DNA from: Microbotryum violaceum | Lineage: Eukaryota | Direction: 5' to 3' | DNA length: 64,000 nucleotides | Assembly (NCBI GenBank): GCA_001244265.2 | Contig: CDLV01000007.1 | Span: 2,170,001 to 2,234,000, forward strand | Position numbers and translations under genes: made by a program | Shown here: positions 1 to 12,981 of the stretch, in pieces | Layout: the number at the start of each line of letters is the position of its first letter | Position numbering within the stretch: the first letter of the stretch is position 1 | Notes under the pieces: model-generated | Seen by the model: only the letters and a program-made list of their open reading frames with translations | Told to the model about the DNA's origin: nothing | The model's database searches: none

Positions 1-1374
1 GTACCAGAGTTGGAGCTAGCGTCGTCGGAGCGCGATCGGTTTGCGCGTGGACCACTTTTGGTGAAGTGGCAGCCGGCAATCCCACCCGCGATCGCACTGG
101 GCAGAGAGACAAGCGGCAAAAAGTGGGAAGGGGCAAGAAGACCTCAGCTTCGGTTCCACTCTCCTAGCTCGACGTCACCGCACGATCATCCAACACATCG
201 GGCACTCACCCAGCAATTAGGAAACTAACAATGACTACAACATACAAGGAACGACGATGCGCTTTCCTCTTTTGATTCTGCGCGGACCAAGGGTTCCTCT
301 TCTCATCCGTCGGAGCCTGCATCTCGGCCTCCTTCACGATCGAGGAAGCATCGAGGCGACTGTAAGGCATCATATGGGAAGAATAGAGAGCCGAGAAAGG
401 TCGGGGTGGACTGGGTGGGATCATGGCGACGGCTCGAGGTGGTGATGGGTGTGAGAAGAGGGTTGTGGAGGGCGAATGATTGTTGAAGTCGATGAGGGAC
501 CTGAATTCGCATTCACCCCCTGTCTTGTCGGAGTAGGCTGCCGATGCGACGTCATTACTTCGGTCCGAAGAGGGCATCTTGCTGGACGGTACTGTAATGG
601 AGAGGACGCTCGCACGAGTTTCGTCGATTCAAGAATACTGATCCGAATGGATGAAAGGCGGCACTGAGATGACCCCAATATTTGTGAGGACCGAAGAAGA
701 GTGAGGTGTCCAGATGGGGGTTATGTGGCAATAGCCCAAAATACTTCACAAGTGTCCCAGTGAGGAGAAGCCTGATCTCACATGGTGGAAGCTCTCCTCG
801 GCTATCGGAACGTGCGTTGCAAGACATGCGCTTACGAATCTGAATCGAAGCCCTCGAAGAGGAAGAAGAGGAAGAAGAGGAAGATACCGTCATCATCGAC
901 TTGGTGAGGGAATGTCGGGTTCATTCCGCCAAACACTCTGCCTCGAATGACGACCTTCCGAATTCCGAATCATTCTGGTGCCAAATCTGGATCCAAATGT
1001 ATGACAAGATTTCAATGCTGAATTCTCTCCCGAAGGGAAGATCCGTGTTCGACTTCTAGCGAAAATCCCGACCCCAACCGAGGCACTATCGAAGGAGACC
1101 GAAGCCTACGGAAGCAGCTTATTTTTTACATTATTTTGGACCAGAGAAAGTACTGATGGTGCCCAGGTTCCTTTTTTCAGCCCTTTTCCCGTTTTAGGTT
1201 CTAAAAAGGGAACCGGGGGTGAAAAAAGCTGATTCTCATCGATGGGAGACCGAAGACGTCGGCGCGCCCCACGAACTCCCACGAATTGCGGCTTGGACTC
1301 GTGCAAATCATTAATCACGAGCAGCGCGCCCAGTCCTTCGCCGACCTAGAAGACGAGCGAAGCAGCCCATCAGC

Positions 1375-2424
1375 ATGTCCCTAGCGCGATCGTGCGGTCA
1401 TTTGGCGCGTCTTACCGGTGTGAGATCAACAACATCTACAGCACCCTCTTACTTCACACGGCCGACAGCAAGCCATCGATCAATACATGCCTTCACACCG
1501 ACCGCACCTCGTTCGTTTTCCTTAGCCTCTCGCACGATTCCCCGTGACGTTACTGGCTCAGCTGACCCCTTTCAACGGTGTTCTACAGTGCTGAAGAAGA
1601 AGGCAGGCAAGAAAAACGCTGCATCAGCCGTTTCCGATGCCTTTGACGCCTTAGAGTTCGAGGAGGACCTGATCGACGACATCGACAGCGAACCCACGAC
1701 CACCTCCACCTCCAACAACGGTAAATCAACATCCGACTACCCTTCCTTGCACGCCTACCTCTCTAAACGCCTCGAACTCCCCCACTTTGCCTTCAAATCC
1801 AACATCCCTTCCGTCTCCGCCGTCAAAGGGTTGTTGCACCTCACCGCGCGCGACGATCGTTCTAGGACCTTGCAACTGCTTAAACTGTGGCGTCAACGCA
1901 ACCTTCCTTACCCCAACAGCGAAACCTCGTCCGAATTCGTCCGTTCCTGGACGAGAATGAACGAAATCGAAGAGATGGTTCAAGTGCTCGCGCGAAGGGA
2001 TCTCTACGGTTTAGGCCTGGTCCAACCCGGGGACTTTGTCAACGCGTTGCAGAAGTTGACCACTGTCGAGGGGGAGGTCGCGGATGCAAAGACCTTGATG
2101 CCCAAATTGGAAACAGCCAAGACGATCCAAGAACTCTTGAGGCTCGAAGGCGTGAATGATCTCACGGCCGTCGTCTCGACACTTGCTATGGCATTGCGAT
2201 TGAACGAATCCAAGGCCGTGAGGCGACTGCCGGCCTTGATCGACGATCTCTTGGCCGAGGTCAGGGAGATGGACTCGGAGGATGCGGTCAAGAGTCTCAA
2301 GGGTGTACCGGGGGTAGAAAGACAGGCGTGGGTGGTGAAGAAGGTCCAGGAGTGTCAAAACAGGGTTGCCGAGCCTAAAGACCGAGCCCTATTGGGCAGG
2401 ATCTTGGACAAGGTGCAGCAGTGA
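1375..2424 (+). CDS. Hypothetical protein (349 aa, single exon) with probable mitochondrial targeting presequence
   Basis: Long ATG-initiated ORF. N-terminus MSLARSCGHLARLTGVRSTTSTAPSYFTRP is Arg/Ser/Thr-rich with no acidic residues, and the C-terminal half looks helical. No family recognised. Confidence 0.7.
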   Translation: MSLARSCGHLARLTGVRSTTSTAPSYFTRPTASHRSIHAFTPTAPRSFSLASRTIPRDVTGSADPFQRCSTVLKKKAGKKNAASAVSDAFDALEFEEDLIDDIDSEPTTTSTSNNGKSTSDYPSLHAYLSKRLELPHFAFKSNIPSVSAVKGLLHLTARDDRSRTLQLLKLWRQRNLPYPNSETSSEFVRSWTRMNEIEEMVQVLARRDLYGLGLVQPGDFVNALQKLTTVEGEVADAKTLMPKLETAKTIQELLRLEGVNDLTAVVSTLAMALRLNESKAVRRLPALIDDLLAEVREMDSEDAVKSLKGVPGVERQAWVVKKVQECQNRVAEPKDRALLGRILDKVQQ

Positions 2425-2486
2425 TGTGGGCGTTTGAAGAAGAATTGCAATGTAGTGGTAGCGAGCCAACAGGCAAATTCAAAGTC

Positions 2487-5285
2487 TCAAATTTCCTCAT
2501 CCGTCTTGGCTCGCTTTGCCTCGGAAGTTGCGGACCGTTCATCGACCCCTGCAATCGCGGCGTCTGCGATGGACCGTTTTGGTGACCCGTGCACCGACTT
2601 CTCGTTATCCGTTTCGATCAACACGACCCTCGACGGCTTTCGGATCCATCCTTCGCCTTCAAGAGGTGGGGCCTCCCTCGTGGACCCCAGCCGCAGTGCC
2701 ATCTCCACCTCTACCCCCTCCATCTCCTTCTGTCCCTCCGCTGCCGTACCTTCTTTAGCCTTCTCCCCCACTTCCTGTGTCGGTTCAGGCGAGATCGGTT
2801 CCTCCGGTGCTCTATTCGCATCCTCAATAGCTTTGAGCAACAGATCAAAATCGCCTGCCTTGATCTTGTTGAAGAGGTTCAAATGCTGCAATGACGCGGC
2901 CCTCGTCGCTCGCCAATGCAATGAAGACAAACGTAATTCATGCTGTAGTGACATGAACCACACTCAGATTCAGTTCACCCTCCTGCAGATATTATATAAG
3001 TGTGATCAAGACCCACCTGCTCAACTTCCCCCTTCACCTCCTCCTTCTTGACTCTGTCCGTCGACTCGTCCTCCATCACCGCCTTCTTGCTTTTAATCAT
3101 CTTCTCACACCTCTGCCATTCAACCAACAAAGAATTGAAATCGTTCCTCGGCAAATCCGGTTCATAATCCTTCAACGTCGTCAGATTCCTTTCCCAAAGT
3201 CCGGAAAGTACGGGATTCCCGAGTTTGTAAGGGTAGTTCTTGGGTTTGCGGGAGAGGGTAACGAGTTTGGAGCGCGCGGTTTTCGAGACTTGGTCGATAG
3301 GGAGAGGGGAGAGTTCGAAGGGCTTGCAGGATTGCAGTTTCCAATTAATCTGTCAAAAGCTCGCTCAAAGATCATCAGCGCATGCTCATTCTTCACCTCG
3401 TGAAAGGATCATTCCTCGCGACTCACCCAATGTTGTTCCCTCTTGAGCATCACTTCGATCGCATCCCTGAACCTTCTCCCATGCTGCATCGCATCCAACT
3501 CCCTTACGGACCGCTCTCTCAAATCCCTCAGCCATTTCTCATGCTTCGCCCCCACTTCATGAGGTCCATACACGAGCGTGTTGGTCACGCCTTGGCTTAG
3601 GGTCCGTATTCGTTCTGGAGGGGTGAGGGATATGAGGAATTGGAAGAGGATGAGGAATTGGACGAGGATCTGGCGACGGAAAGTCGGGTCCGCGAGCTGT
3701 AACGAAGCAAGCGTTTCCCACGATCAGTATTCAACTTGGCAGATCTAGGGGCGTGCCTCGATGCTCGACTCACTTCGAGTTTGAGCAAATTCCGACTGGT
3801 CAAGAAGCGCGGGAAAAAGTAGTCCCCCAGCGCCTCTTCATCAACCAGACCATCCGTCACCATCGCCAAAGTCAGAGCCTTCCCATTCGCCACGACCTTG
3901 GTCGGATCCGTCGCAGCCCCAGTAAGATCTTTTTCCTTTTTGGTCTCGACGGCGAACATGTCGAGCGTCTTGGATAGCTGCAGTCGGAGCGTGTCGAGCG
4001 CGTCCGGTCCTCGCACAGGTGGAGAAGCGACGAGCGCGACTGGGTCGGTGAAGATCCTCTGGAGACTCCAGAAGATTGGGTAGAAAGAATCAACTTTGTC
4101 TGTGGGAGAGTACGCAAGGTACGGGCTGTGAATACATGGGTCGTCACTGGTCTTTATTCCACGCAGTCTGATCACCTTCTTTGACCTCCGCCGTCGGCTC
4201 CGTCTCCTTCTCCTGGTCCGCGGCCTTTTCATGATCTTGACCGTCCTCCTCTTGCTCTGCATCTGTTTTCTCCCCATTCTCTCTCCCCTCCTTCTTACCC
4301 TCTTCCTCTCCTTTCCTCCCCGCGTCCTCATCATACAATGTCTTCTTGCCTGTATTAAAGTTGCCCCTCAAATTGACTCCACTCTTCTCACTCAACGGAA
4401 AGACCGAACTGAGGAAGACGAGGATCCGACCGCTGAAAATGACGTGTTCTTGTTTGGAGCGGGGGAGGCGTCGTAGAAGTTCGTTGAGCATACGGAGGAT
4501 TATGAGGCCTTTGCCTTTGCCTGGGACCATGTCCTGGAGAGGAGATTAAAGGAAGGGATAAACCACAGCCTCACTGCCAATGGCTCACCTTCCTTCACGT
4601 GGCGCTGGGATTCATTGTACTGACCTTTGTCAATCGTTTAGACCTAGATTCGATATAGAGCCATGTGCTCTCGCATTGCGAGATGGTCTGCATGTCCAAC
4701 AGCGCCGAGATAGCATTCAGAGGGCTCACGACGTCCGTGTGGCCTGTTCGTGGGGGGGTTTCGGATGCAACGCTTAGTGTTTCATGTTTTTATTTTGATT
4801 ATCTGCTGGAATCTCACCTCTTTCCGAGAAGGTTTGCATCAAATCCAACAGGTCGAACTGCATCGCCGGCGAACCGACCACGGAGTCGACGCTTGACCAG
4901 GCCTGATGCACACAAAAAAAAAAATTACTCATCATCAGCTTGCCCCACCAACCTTCCAAAATGTTTCCAAGCACCCTACGCTTACCGTTTCATGCAATCT
5001 CTCCTCCAAGCTCCTCTCCAACGCTTGCCTTACCACCTCATTCCGTCTCCTCAGCCTCTCCCCATCTTGCGCCTTCTCATCCTCCGCAATCAATCCCTGC
5101 AGACCATCAACCACGCCATCGACCAAGCGACCCATCGTTTGCTCATCGATGGGATCGGTGATGGGATCGACCGTTCGGGTTGGTTCGTGGCGTATCCTTT
5201 CGAGGGTGGAGAGGGCCGAGCTGAGGTGCGATTCGAGCGAAGTTCGGAGGGAGGTGTAAATGGACATGATGGACATGATGGCCAT
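2487..5285 (-). CDS. THOC1: THO complex subunit 1 (THOC1/Hpr1-like), multi-exon
   Basis: Spliced exons carry LRMLNELLRRLPRSK..FSGRILVFLSSVFPLSEKSGVNLRGNFN, FYPIFWSLQRIF and YFFPRFLTSRNLLKLE, typical of THOC1. The start could be any of three tandem ATGs (5285/5276/5267). Confidence 0.85.
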
Positions 5286-5658
5286 ATGTTCCTTTGGTCT
5301 TGGTTCAGTGCAGAACGAGACACTCAAAAACGGCCTCGATCGAAGGAGAACGAAGCGCGTTTGACGTCGAACTCGGACAGATCGTGCAGGCTCAACGTGA
5401 GCGCGTGAGCGGTGGCTAGCGGTGGAGTGGGGTGGGGGCTGCAGTTACGCCGTCCACAACTCTCAGCCGCTGTCAGCCACTCTCTTGACTGAGCCGCTCA
5501 GTAGCTCTCAGTCTCCCTTAGTCAGCTCCCCCGTATCTGTCAGTACTTCTCAGTGCGCTCGATCGAGTCCGATCATATCATATTCACTAAGACGTAGTGC
5601 TTCAACTATCATAGACTATATTTTTCTCAGCAAGAAGATGAGTCACACCGCTTCCGTT

Positions 5659-7323
5659 TCAAATTCCCCCACTGCGTACCTGCGCCCCGACCGCCTCCAA
5701 AGCATTCCTGATATCCTCCACCAAATCCTCCTCATCCTCTAACCCGACCGAGCACCTAATCAGCTCCCCATCGATACCCAACTCCCTCCTCCTCTCCACG
5801 GCAACCCCACCATGTGTCATCAACAACGGCGCTTCGATCAACGATTCGACGCCTCCCAAACTCTCAGCGAGGGTGAAAATTTTGAGTCGACGAAGGAAGG
5901 CGTCCGCTACACCGGTTTCGGTTTGGCTTTGGGCGTGATTCGAGACGATGTGGAACGAGACCATACCTCCGCTGGGGAAACCTCGAGGACCATCCCTGGA
6001 GAAACCTCGCTTCGTTGCCCATCGTTGCGCAGCGGTTGAGAGTTGGGCCCACGCCAATTCGCGCTCGCGCTTCTCGCCTCGTGACTCGACACTTCGCTTC
6101 AAGCCGGGGTATCGTACATCTCGGACGAGCCCGGCGGGAACGGCTTCCTCCTCGAGATAAGTCGCGAGTGCAAGGGCGTTCAGACCATGTTGGCGCGAGC
6201 GAACAGCGAGCGTCTTGAGCGAGCTGCGTGAGGAAACGTCATGCCTCGTCAGCTTAAGGGAGGCAAGTCGGCATAGATCAATAAAACGTACCGAATGATC
6301 AACCAAGCATCGAACGGGCTAGGCACGTTCCCGTACGCATTCTGCAAAAACCTCAACTTGCTCAGGATCGTCGGGTCCGAGGTGATCGCGAAGCCCGAAA
6401 TCACATCGCTATGACCGCCGAGGTATTTTGTGCCCGAATGAGTGACGACCGTCGCGCCCAAGGGCAAGGGGTTCTGGTAATAAGGGTTACCAAAGGTGTT
6501 GTCGATAACGAGGGGGATCGAGTGCGCTTTGGCGACCTGTGCAAGGAGGGCGATAGGAACGAGGGAGAGCATCGGGTTCGTTGGGGTCTCGGCCCAGATG
6601 AGTTTGGTATCGGGTCGGATCGCCTCTTGGACCCGCTTGACGATCGCGTCATCCTCCTCGCGCTGAAGAGCTTCCTCTTCGGCTTCGGACAGAGGCTGAA
6701 CGGGAGATTGGTCTTTGAGGTCGTAGGCCATGTCGACGAACGTCGTCTCAACTCCACTTTGGACGCTCGCGACTTGGAGCATGTACCGAGACGTGCCGCC
6801 GTAGACGTCACCGACCCTGCGCGATTGGTTATCCCGAGTCAGCACATGCCGCCGCTTCTCCTCGAATACTCACAGGGGGTTACTAGACTTACGAAACAAC
6901 ATGACCTGCCTGTCCGGCCAACCCACTCACGACCGTAGCCGTCGCCGCACTGCCCGAAGCAAACGCAACCGCCGCCGGACCTCCCGCGAAACTCTTGCTT
7001 TCAATCCCCTGCGCCCGTAGATTCTTCTCCAAAGCGATATCGGCCTGTCCCTCCAAACTAGCGACAAGCCTCTCCAACGCCAAACGAGTAGGGTTGGAAG
7101 ACCGACTGTATTCGAACCCCTTTGAGGGTTGACCGGCCGCAGATTGGGCGTAGGTCGTGGAGAGGTCGAGGGAGGGGACCACACCCGCGCTGGAGGAGAG
7201 GTATGGCTCGGAACCGATGTGGATTGCGCGCGTTTCAAAGGACGGCTGCGAAGACGAGGACTTGATGGGCGCGGGAGAGTGGCCATTCGTGTAGGATGAT
7301 CGACTGAGATCGAGGGGCGACAT
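5659..7323 (-). CDS. CYS3: Cystathionine gamma-lyase (PLP-dependent Cys/Met metabolism family), 3 exons
   Basis: Motifs FETRAIH, YSRSSNPTR, DVYGGT, ETPTNP, DNTF, HSGTKYLGGHSDV (PLP lysine) and AESLGGVESLIEAP..MTH. Confidence 0.93.
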
Positions 7324-7325
7324 GC

Positions 7326-7353
7326 TGGTCTGTGGTCTGTGGTCTGTGGTCTG
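7326..7353. repeat. (TGGTCTG)4 minisatellite immediately 5' of the CYS3 ATG
   Basis: Four exact 7-mers ending 2 nt before the minus-strand start codon. Confidence 0.85.
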
Positions 7354-7932
7354 TGTGGGGATGGTAAATTGGCTTGACCGAACGAGGAGAGTGGAGGCTG
7401 GCAGCTAGAAGGGTATGGGCAAGTGAGCTAGGGACGGATGGAGACGAGACCGAGATGAATCCGACTATGCTGGTGCGCTTTGCTCGTGGCTAGGTGCTAG
7501 GTGTGACTGATGCGATAGGTACAGGCAATGGAAGGAGAGAGAGAGAGAGAGAATCAGAGAGAAGAACAAGTGAAACGGACGCGAATAGTGGCGGGGGCGA
7601 GCGATGCTGAACGAGGATGACAGAGCGGACGAGAGGAGTGTGCCTGTCTCTTATCACATCATCGAGCGCACGAGCTGTCGTGACCGCCGAGCGACTGCCG
7701 AGCGAGGCCGAGCGGCGGGAATTAGTCAGCTTGTCGCGCCGGTTCCGTAAACCGCGGCGCTGGGTTGTCGGCGACCAGGGAAATAAATGTCTTTGGTAAC
7801 GATTGCTGCGCACGACGAGACTAGATAGGTATAGGCAAGTCTAATAAACAGAAGAGTAGATGGCATATAGGGTGAAACATAAAAACAAGTCAAAAGTACA
7901 CCAACGACCGCGTCCCGAGCCGGTTTACCGTT

Positions 7933-10900
7933 TCAGGTCAACGCCGCCGCCGCCGCTTCGTACCGCGCTCGTCGAGCCGCCAATCCCGATGGAACGCTCG
8001 CCGAAGTCCTCAACGAGGTCGGCGAACCATCGGTACCGCTTCGGCTATTGGAACGCGCAAACACACCCCCGCGACCCATCGTCGTATTGACGAATGCTTT
8101 GGCGAGCGAAGGGGAGTGCACACGCGTAGGAGACGACGAGAGCCAGGCTGAAGGTGAGGTCGGCTTCCGAGCGGGCAAATCTCGGTTGCCGACGGGCAGC
8201 AGGGGTTGCGAGACCGAAGTTGTCAGAAGGGCCTTCTTGGCCCCGAATCTTGGTAGAGGCTTGACCATATGGACCTGCAACAAGACAGCTACTTTTTTTG
8301 TCAGTTCACAGCAGAACACCACATGTCCGAAGCATTTCCTCAAGGACGCACCTCTTCCTCCGGTTCCTCAACCACATTCGCCACCGCCGACCATTTCCTT
8401 GCTGCATCCGAAACTGCCCCTCCCCTCCCAGCCCTCATCGCTTGATAGCTCAAATCATTCGCACTCGCGAACGACCCCATCGTGGGCGAAGAAGGCGGTC
8501 GCGCAAGGTCGCCTTCAAGCCAGCTCGATTTAGTGGGCGAGCGTCTCGCCTCCAAAGGGAAATCATGCTTGCTCGACAATCGACAAAGGTAACTCCCCGA
8601 CCGAACGATGCGATCGTTCTTGTGGATCACGGACTCCATCGTCGGTTCGAGGGCTTTGAGGACCGTGTTGGATTCGGATCGCTTGAGAGGGGAAGCGGGT
8701 CGTACGTTCACGGGTTCGGAGCGGGTCGATTGATGGCCTGCTCGAGTCGAGGCGCGCAGTGACCAAGGCGAGATGCTGACCGGCTTCGAAGGTGACGAAG
8801 TGCTGGCGGGTGGATGAGAGCGCATCAAGGGTGACTGAGGTCGTTCATCGCGAGCCGAAGGGAGGGCCTTGACTTGTGGGTCAGGCGCCACCTTCGGCGA
8901 ACTTTGCAGCCAATTGGCAACTCGGGACACCGCATCTTTCTTGAGCACTTGCACCTCGGCACCGTCAACAACCTTGCGTCCATTCTCGACGGGCAAGATC
9001 AATTGCTTCGAAGTCGTAGGCTCGAGTGTAACGCTAGCAGTCACACTGGGTCCAGCCAAGTTGTTACCTACGGGCTGGGCATCGTAAGTGTTGCGATTGC
9101 GAGATTTGAACGTGGGACGTCGACGCGGCGTCTCTGGTGAATTAGGAGCCGCCAGCGTGACTTGAGGAGGAACGGCGGCCTCAGGCGTAGCCACTCGAGG
9201 AGGTTCGGGTTGTGATGGCGGTTCCCGAGCTGGTATAGCCGCGAGCTCGACTGGTTGTGCCTGACGAATTGGCTGAGCAGGCTCTGGCCTGCGCTCATCC
9301 GCGACTGTCTGCGTCGTCTCGACCTGGTAAACCACAGGTGATCCGACCGTATCCTGACGAGCCCTCGGCGGCGGGTACGCAATTCCGGCCCTTGCCTTCC
9401 TGACCGCTTCAACCGTATCATCTACCTTCATCCCATTCCCAACCGACATCGTCCTGACCCTTCCACTTGCCTCCGCGACCGAGACCGAATGAACCTCCGG
9501 CGTAGCAGGTCGACTGAGGCGTTTCTCCAATGCGGACAGCCCTCCTTCCGCCCGAGGGAATGCCAATCCCCGGCTGGGCGATTTACTTGGACTAGGAGGG
9601 CGACTCTCGAGTTTGGCGTCCCCGATTGGGGCGGAAAAGATGTCTTGCGCCCTTGGCGTTGACCTCGGCGGTGACTTCGGTTTAATCTGCGCATCGGACG
9701 GCTCGTGCTTTTTGTGATTTGCCGCAGCGGACGTCCTTCGATCCTCCTCATCCACGAGATCCTCCAAATTCTGCGCAGAGCTTCTTGTAGGCATGATCGC
9801 CATATGACCATGAACAGATCGAACAGCTTCGTCATTCGCCTCACTAAGATCCTTGAGCGCGTTCACCACTTCGGGTTTCATCGAGCACGCAGTCCCCGCT
9901 TGACTTTCCCCATCCTCCCCAATCGTCTCGAGCAAACCGGTTTCGGAGGAAGTCGACAGTTGTTGGACTAATCCATTACTTATCGTCGTCGATGCAAGTT
10001 GTGGAGAAGAGTACCTCGCCGAAGGTGCAGAAGGTGGAGGGGGCGTCGAACGAGCTGTGGATGATCCCGCCGATCCAGGCCGATGGGTCGAAGGCGCAGG
10101 CGAGTTGGAAGGCTCAGGGACCGACGTCGGAGCGTACTGGTCCCACGTCGAGGGAGGGGTCGCGTAGTTGAGGCCATACGTCGAGGCGCCTGCGTCTGTG
10201 CATTGATTCGTAAGACATGAAGGGATAGCCGCAACGTGCGCTGGGCTTTGCTCGTTCGGGGCTGGCGATCGAAGGGGTGGTGGAATTGGTGGGCCCGCGT
10301 TCCCGTTCGAGGGTAGCGCCATAGGGTGGAATCCATTGTAAGGAGGTCCAGTAGGGATGGGAGGCAACGAATGTGCCGACAGCGGTCTCGGCGGCGGAGC
10401 GTACGGTGACGGGAAAGTCTGCCCATTGACATTGACAGGCGGTGGTGGCGCCAAAACGGCATAGTCGCCCGGATGCCCATTGAACGAGATGGACGAAGAC
10501 GGACGCGGTGGAAGAGGTTGATGGCGGCTCGAGACGGTCGAAGCAGGTGTAGGAAGCTGCTGTTGGTTCTGGTGCGCCAGACGATCGCAGAAACGAGAAG
10601 GCGTGAGATCCGGCTGATTCGGGTTCACGCCCACGTAGAGATCCGCCGCAGACGGGGAGGGTGGGATTTCATAATGCTGCGACATCGATTGAGGCATCAT
10701 GTACTGCTGTTGCGAGAGGCCGCCCACGAACGGTGACATGAATCCAGGTCCTGGCAAAGGCGAACTGCCAAAGCTGACGACAGATCCTGATCGTGACGGG
10801 CCCCCTCCGACCTCGTTGAGGTCGACGAACGATCCTGCTCGTTCTTGCGCGTTCAAGAATCCGACAGGTGAAGGCGAGAGGACAGGGTGAGACTGATGAG

Positions 10901-12761
10901 ATGCGGGAGGTGCAGTCTTGGAATCGACTTGCTCGCGAATGAAAGCATGCGCGGAAGGTGGGAGTGAATGGGGGTGCGCAATGAAGAGGGGTAGCTCGAC
11001 CGCAAGATCGCTCGCGAGCAGTCCACCGTCGGCTTCGATTTTGACGAACGCATCAAGTTCAAACAGCTTGCCCTTGCGTACGGTGATAACTTCTTCCCTC
11101 GGTAGATCGACAACAATAACACATTCGCGCTCTTCGCCTGGAGGGAACGCGAACTCGGCGCCGTGAAAGCTTTGGCTCGTAATGACGGCCGTGACGATCG
11201 GTGCTGGGATCATCGGCTCTTGACCCTCGGGATAGATGATGCGTAGTCGTCTGCAGATGGACACTTTCAGATCAGAGACCTGCGTTTGTCGACCTCCCAA
11301 GTCAGCTCAGTTGCGCTCACCCCCGCGTGCAACTCGTCACTCACATGCTTTTTGGTCCCATTCTTGACCCTAGCCTGGATCGTAATCCGGCCCTTGCCAA
11401 TCGCACCTACTTCCGTATCGCGGCGCCAAAAGAGTCTGACAGGTTTCTCATCCCAGTCCCCTTTACCTACACTGCACGTTAGATCGAGCTTGCCTTCCCC
11501 ACCGAGTCGTAAGCTCGCCGCCGCTCTTCCCTCTTTGGCGTCCCACCATACTCCGGCTTCCCAATCGGCCCACTGAGAGTCACATCCCAGAAAACAGACA
11601 ATCAACCTTACACGCTACGGTGTTGAGTCCTCGATCATGACTCACCCTTTCCACGACGGGGACAGGACACTTGACGGATCGAACGTCGACGCTACCGCCA
11701 AGGACAGAATTGGCAAAAGCTCGAAGCTCGTAGCGCATCGTCGCGTTCGTCCCGAGCGTACATGACGAAGGCGCTTCTTTGGGAAGCTTGAAACTGAACT
11801 TGAACTTGGTCTTGCCTTTGAGGGCGGGGTAGTACCCCTTGTGGCCGTTGATGGGTTTCGAGCCGGGCACGACGGCGTTGGAAGGCGGTAAGGTTCCGCC
11901 TTGGAAGTCGATGCGCGAAGTGAGGATTCGTCTTGTCGAGGTGTGATTTTGAGATCGCAGTTCTAAAAGGTGTGAATGGGTTAAATATGTAATTGTCAGT
12001 GCCAGGTTCCTGCTCCTCGCCTGGACCGAATCATGTCAAGCTTGCGGAGTCAAGTCGGGCCGGCTCGAAGCACAAGCGGTAGCCGCTCGTAGATGTACAA
12101 GAGCGTAGAAACCCATCCATGATGATGAAAGTCGTGCCTTGCACCCTTTTCCCATTCATGAGCCTGTGGTACCCCAAGAGGGCATATGGCGCGTGTTGGA
12201 CTGGATGAGCCGACGAGTTGAATGACGATCGCAGTCGACGCGTCGGCGGTTCGTGGGGGATCGCTGTCCATCCCACGCATCGTGGCGAACGGCCATGGTG
12301 ATTTCGCCAGTGGTGATCATGCTTGCAACTCATAGTGCGTGCCCAGATAAGCACCGAGCTCGATCGCAAGCCGTGCATCGCAGCGCATCGCTCGATTCGT
12401 CCGTCCGTTCGGCTGCAGTCCTCGTGTCCGTCCCTCAGCGCCAAGACCTTGCAAGAAACTGACCTTCAAACCCCGTAAACTCGACACCCACCTCCCCCAG
12501 CGCCAATAGATCCGTTGCGACCCCGACCTCCAATACCCCCCTCACCGTCTCCCCAGCCAACCACCAGCCCGGATCAATCGCGATCTTGAGCCTGAGCACA
12601 CTGTCGTTCAGCGTCCCCGTCGACGACGGCGCAAGCGGCAAGGAGGACCCCTTATTACCCGCCTCGGAGCGATTCAACGCGTTCGTCGATGATGATGATG
12701 AAGAAGCGTGGGCTATACCTCGTTCGGTCATCGAGTGCATCAACGCCTTGGGGAGACCCAT
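7933..12761 (-). CDS. Arrestin-fold (arrestin N/C domain) protein with long Pro/Ser-rich disordered tail, multi-exon
   Basis: Exon 1 WLAGETVRGVLEV..VGVEFTGFE, then exons with FKFSFKLPKEAPSS..RYELRA and ITVRKGKLFELDAFVKIEA..LAVELPLFIAHP. The 7933-8275 ORF joins as last exon via a GTGCGT..TTGCAG intron. Intron 1 is 501 nt (12463-11963). Confidence 0.75.
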
Positions 12762-12981
12762 GTACAGAGTGGGATTCCGCCGGGGTTGTTCGAATTGGTC
12801 TTTGATCTCCGAGTCGTGAGTCGAACAACCTCACGCGGCCAAAAGGGATGAGCCGAAAGCACGGAACGGCGATGGTCCGTGCGCACCATCAACCACGAAC
12901 GGGCGACAATTTTTCAGGCGAACCTCATCAATTCCTTTTTATACAACAACGTTGCAATGCAACAGTCACACTATGCACACC

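Noticed and set aside
206-896. Overlapping short ORFs at window start (one fragment faintly HSP20-like, VLSITVP)
   Set aside because: No consistent spliced model or convincing family motif could be built.
1161-1229. Imperfect inverted repeat (GGTTCCTTTTT / AAAAAGGGAACC) as a MITE
   Set aside because: Short, imperfect, no TSD and no second copy in the window.
5460-5555. Cluster of TCAG/CTCAG words upstream of THOC1
   Set aside because: Irregular spacing and low complexity; no testable structure.
7933-8343. Separate small gene
   Set aside because: Joins the arrestin-fold gene in frame as its last exon through a canonical intron.
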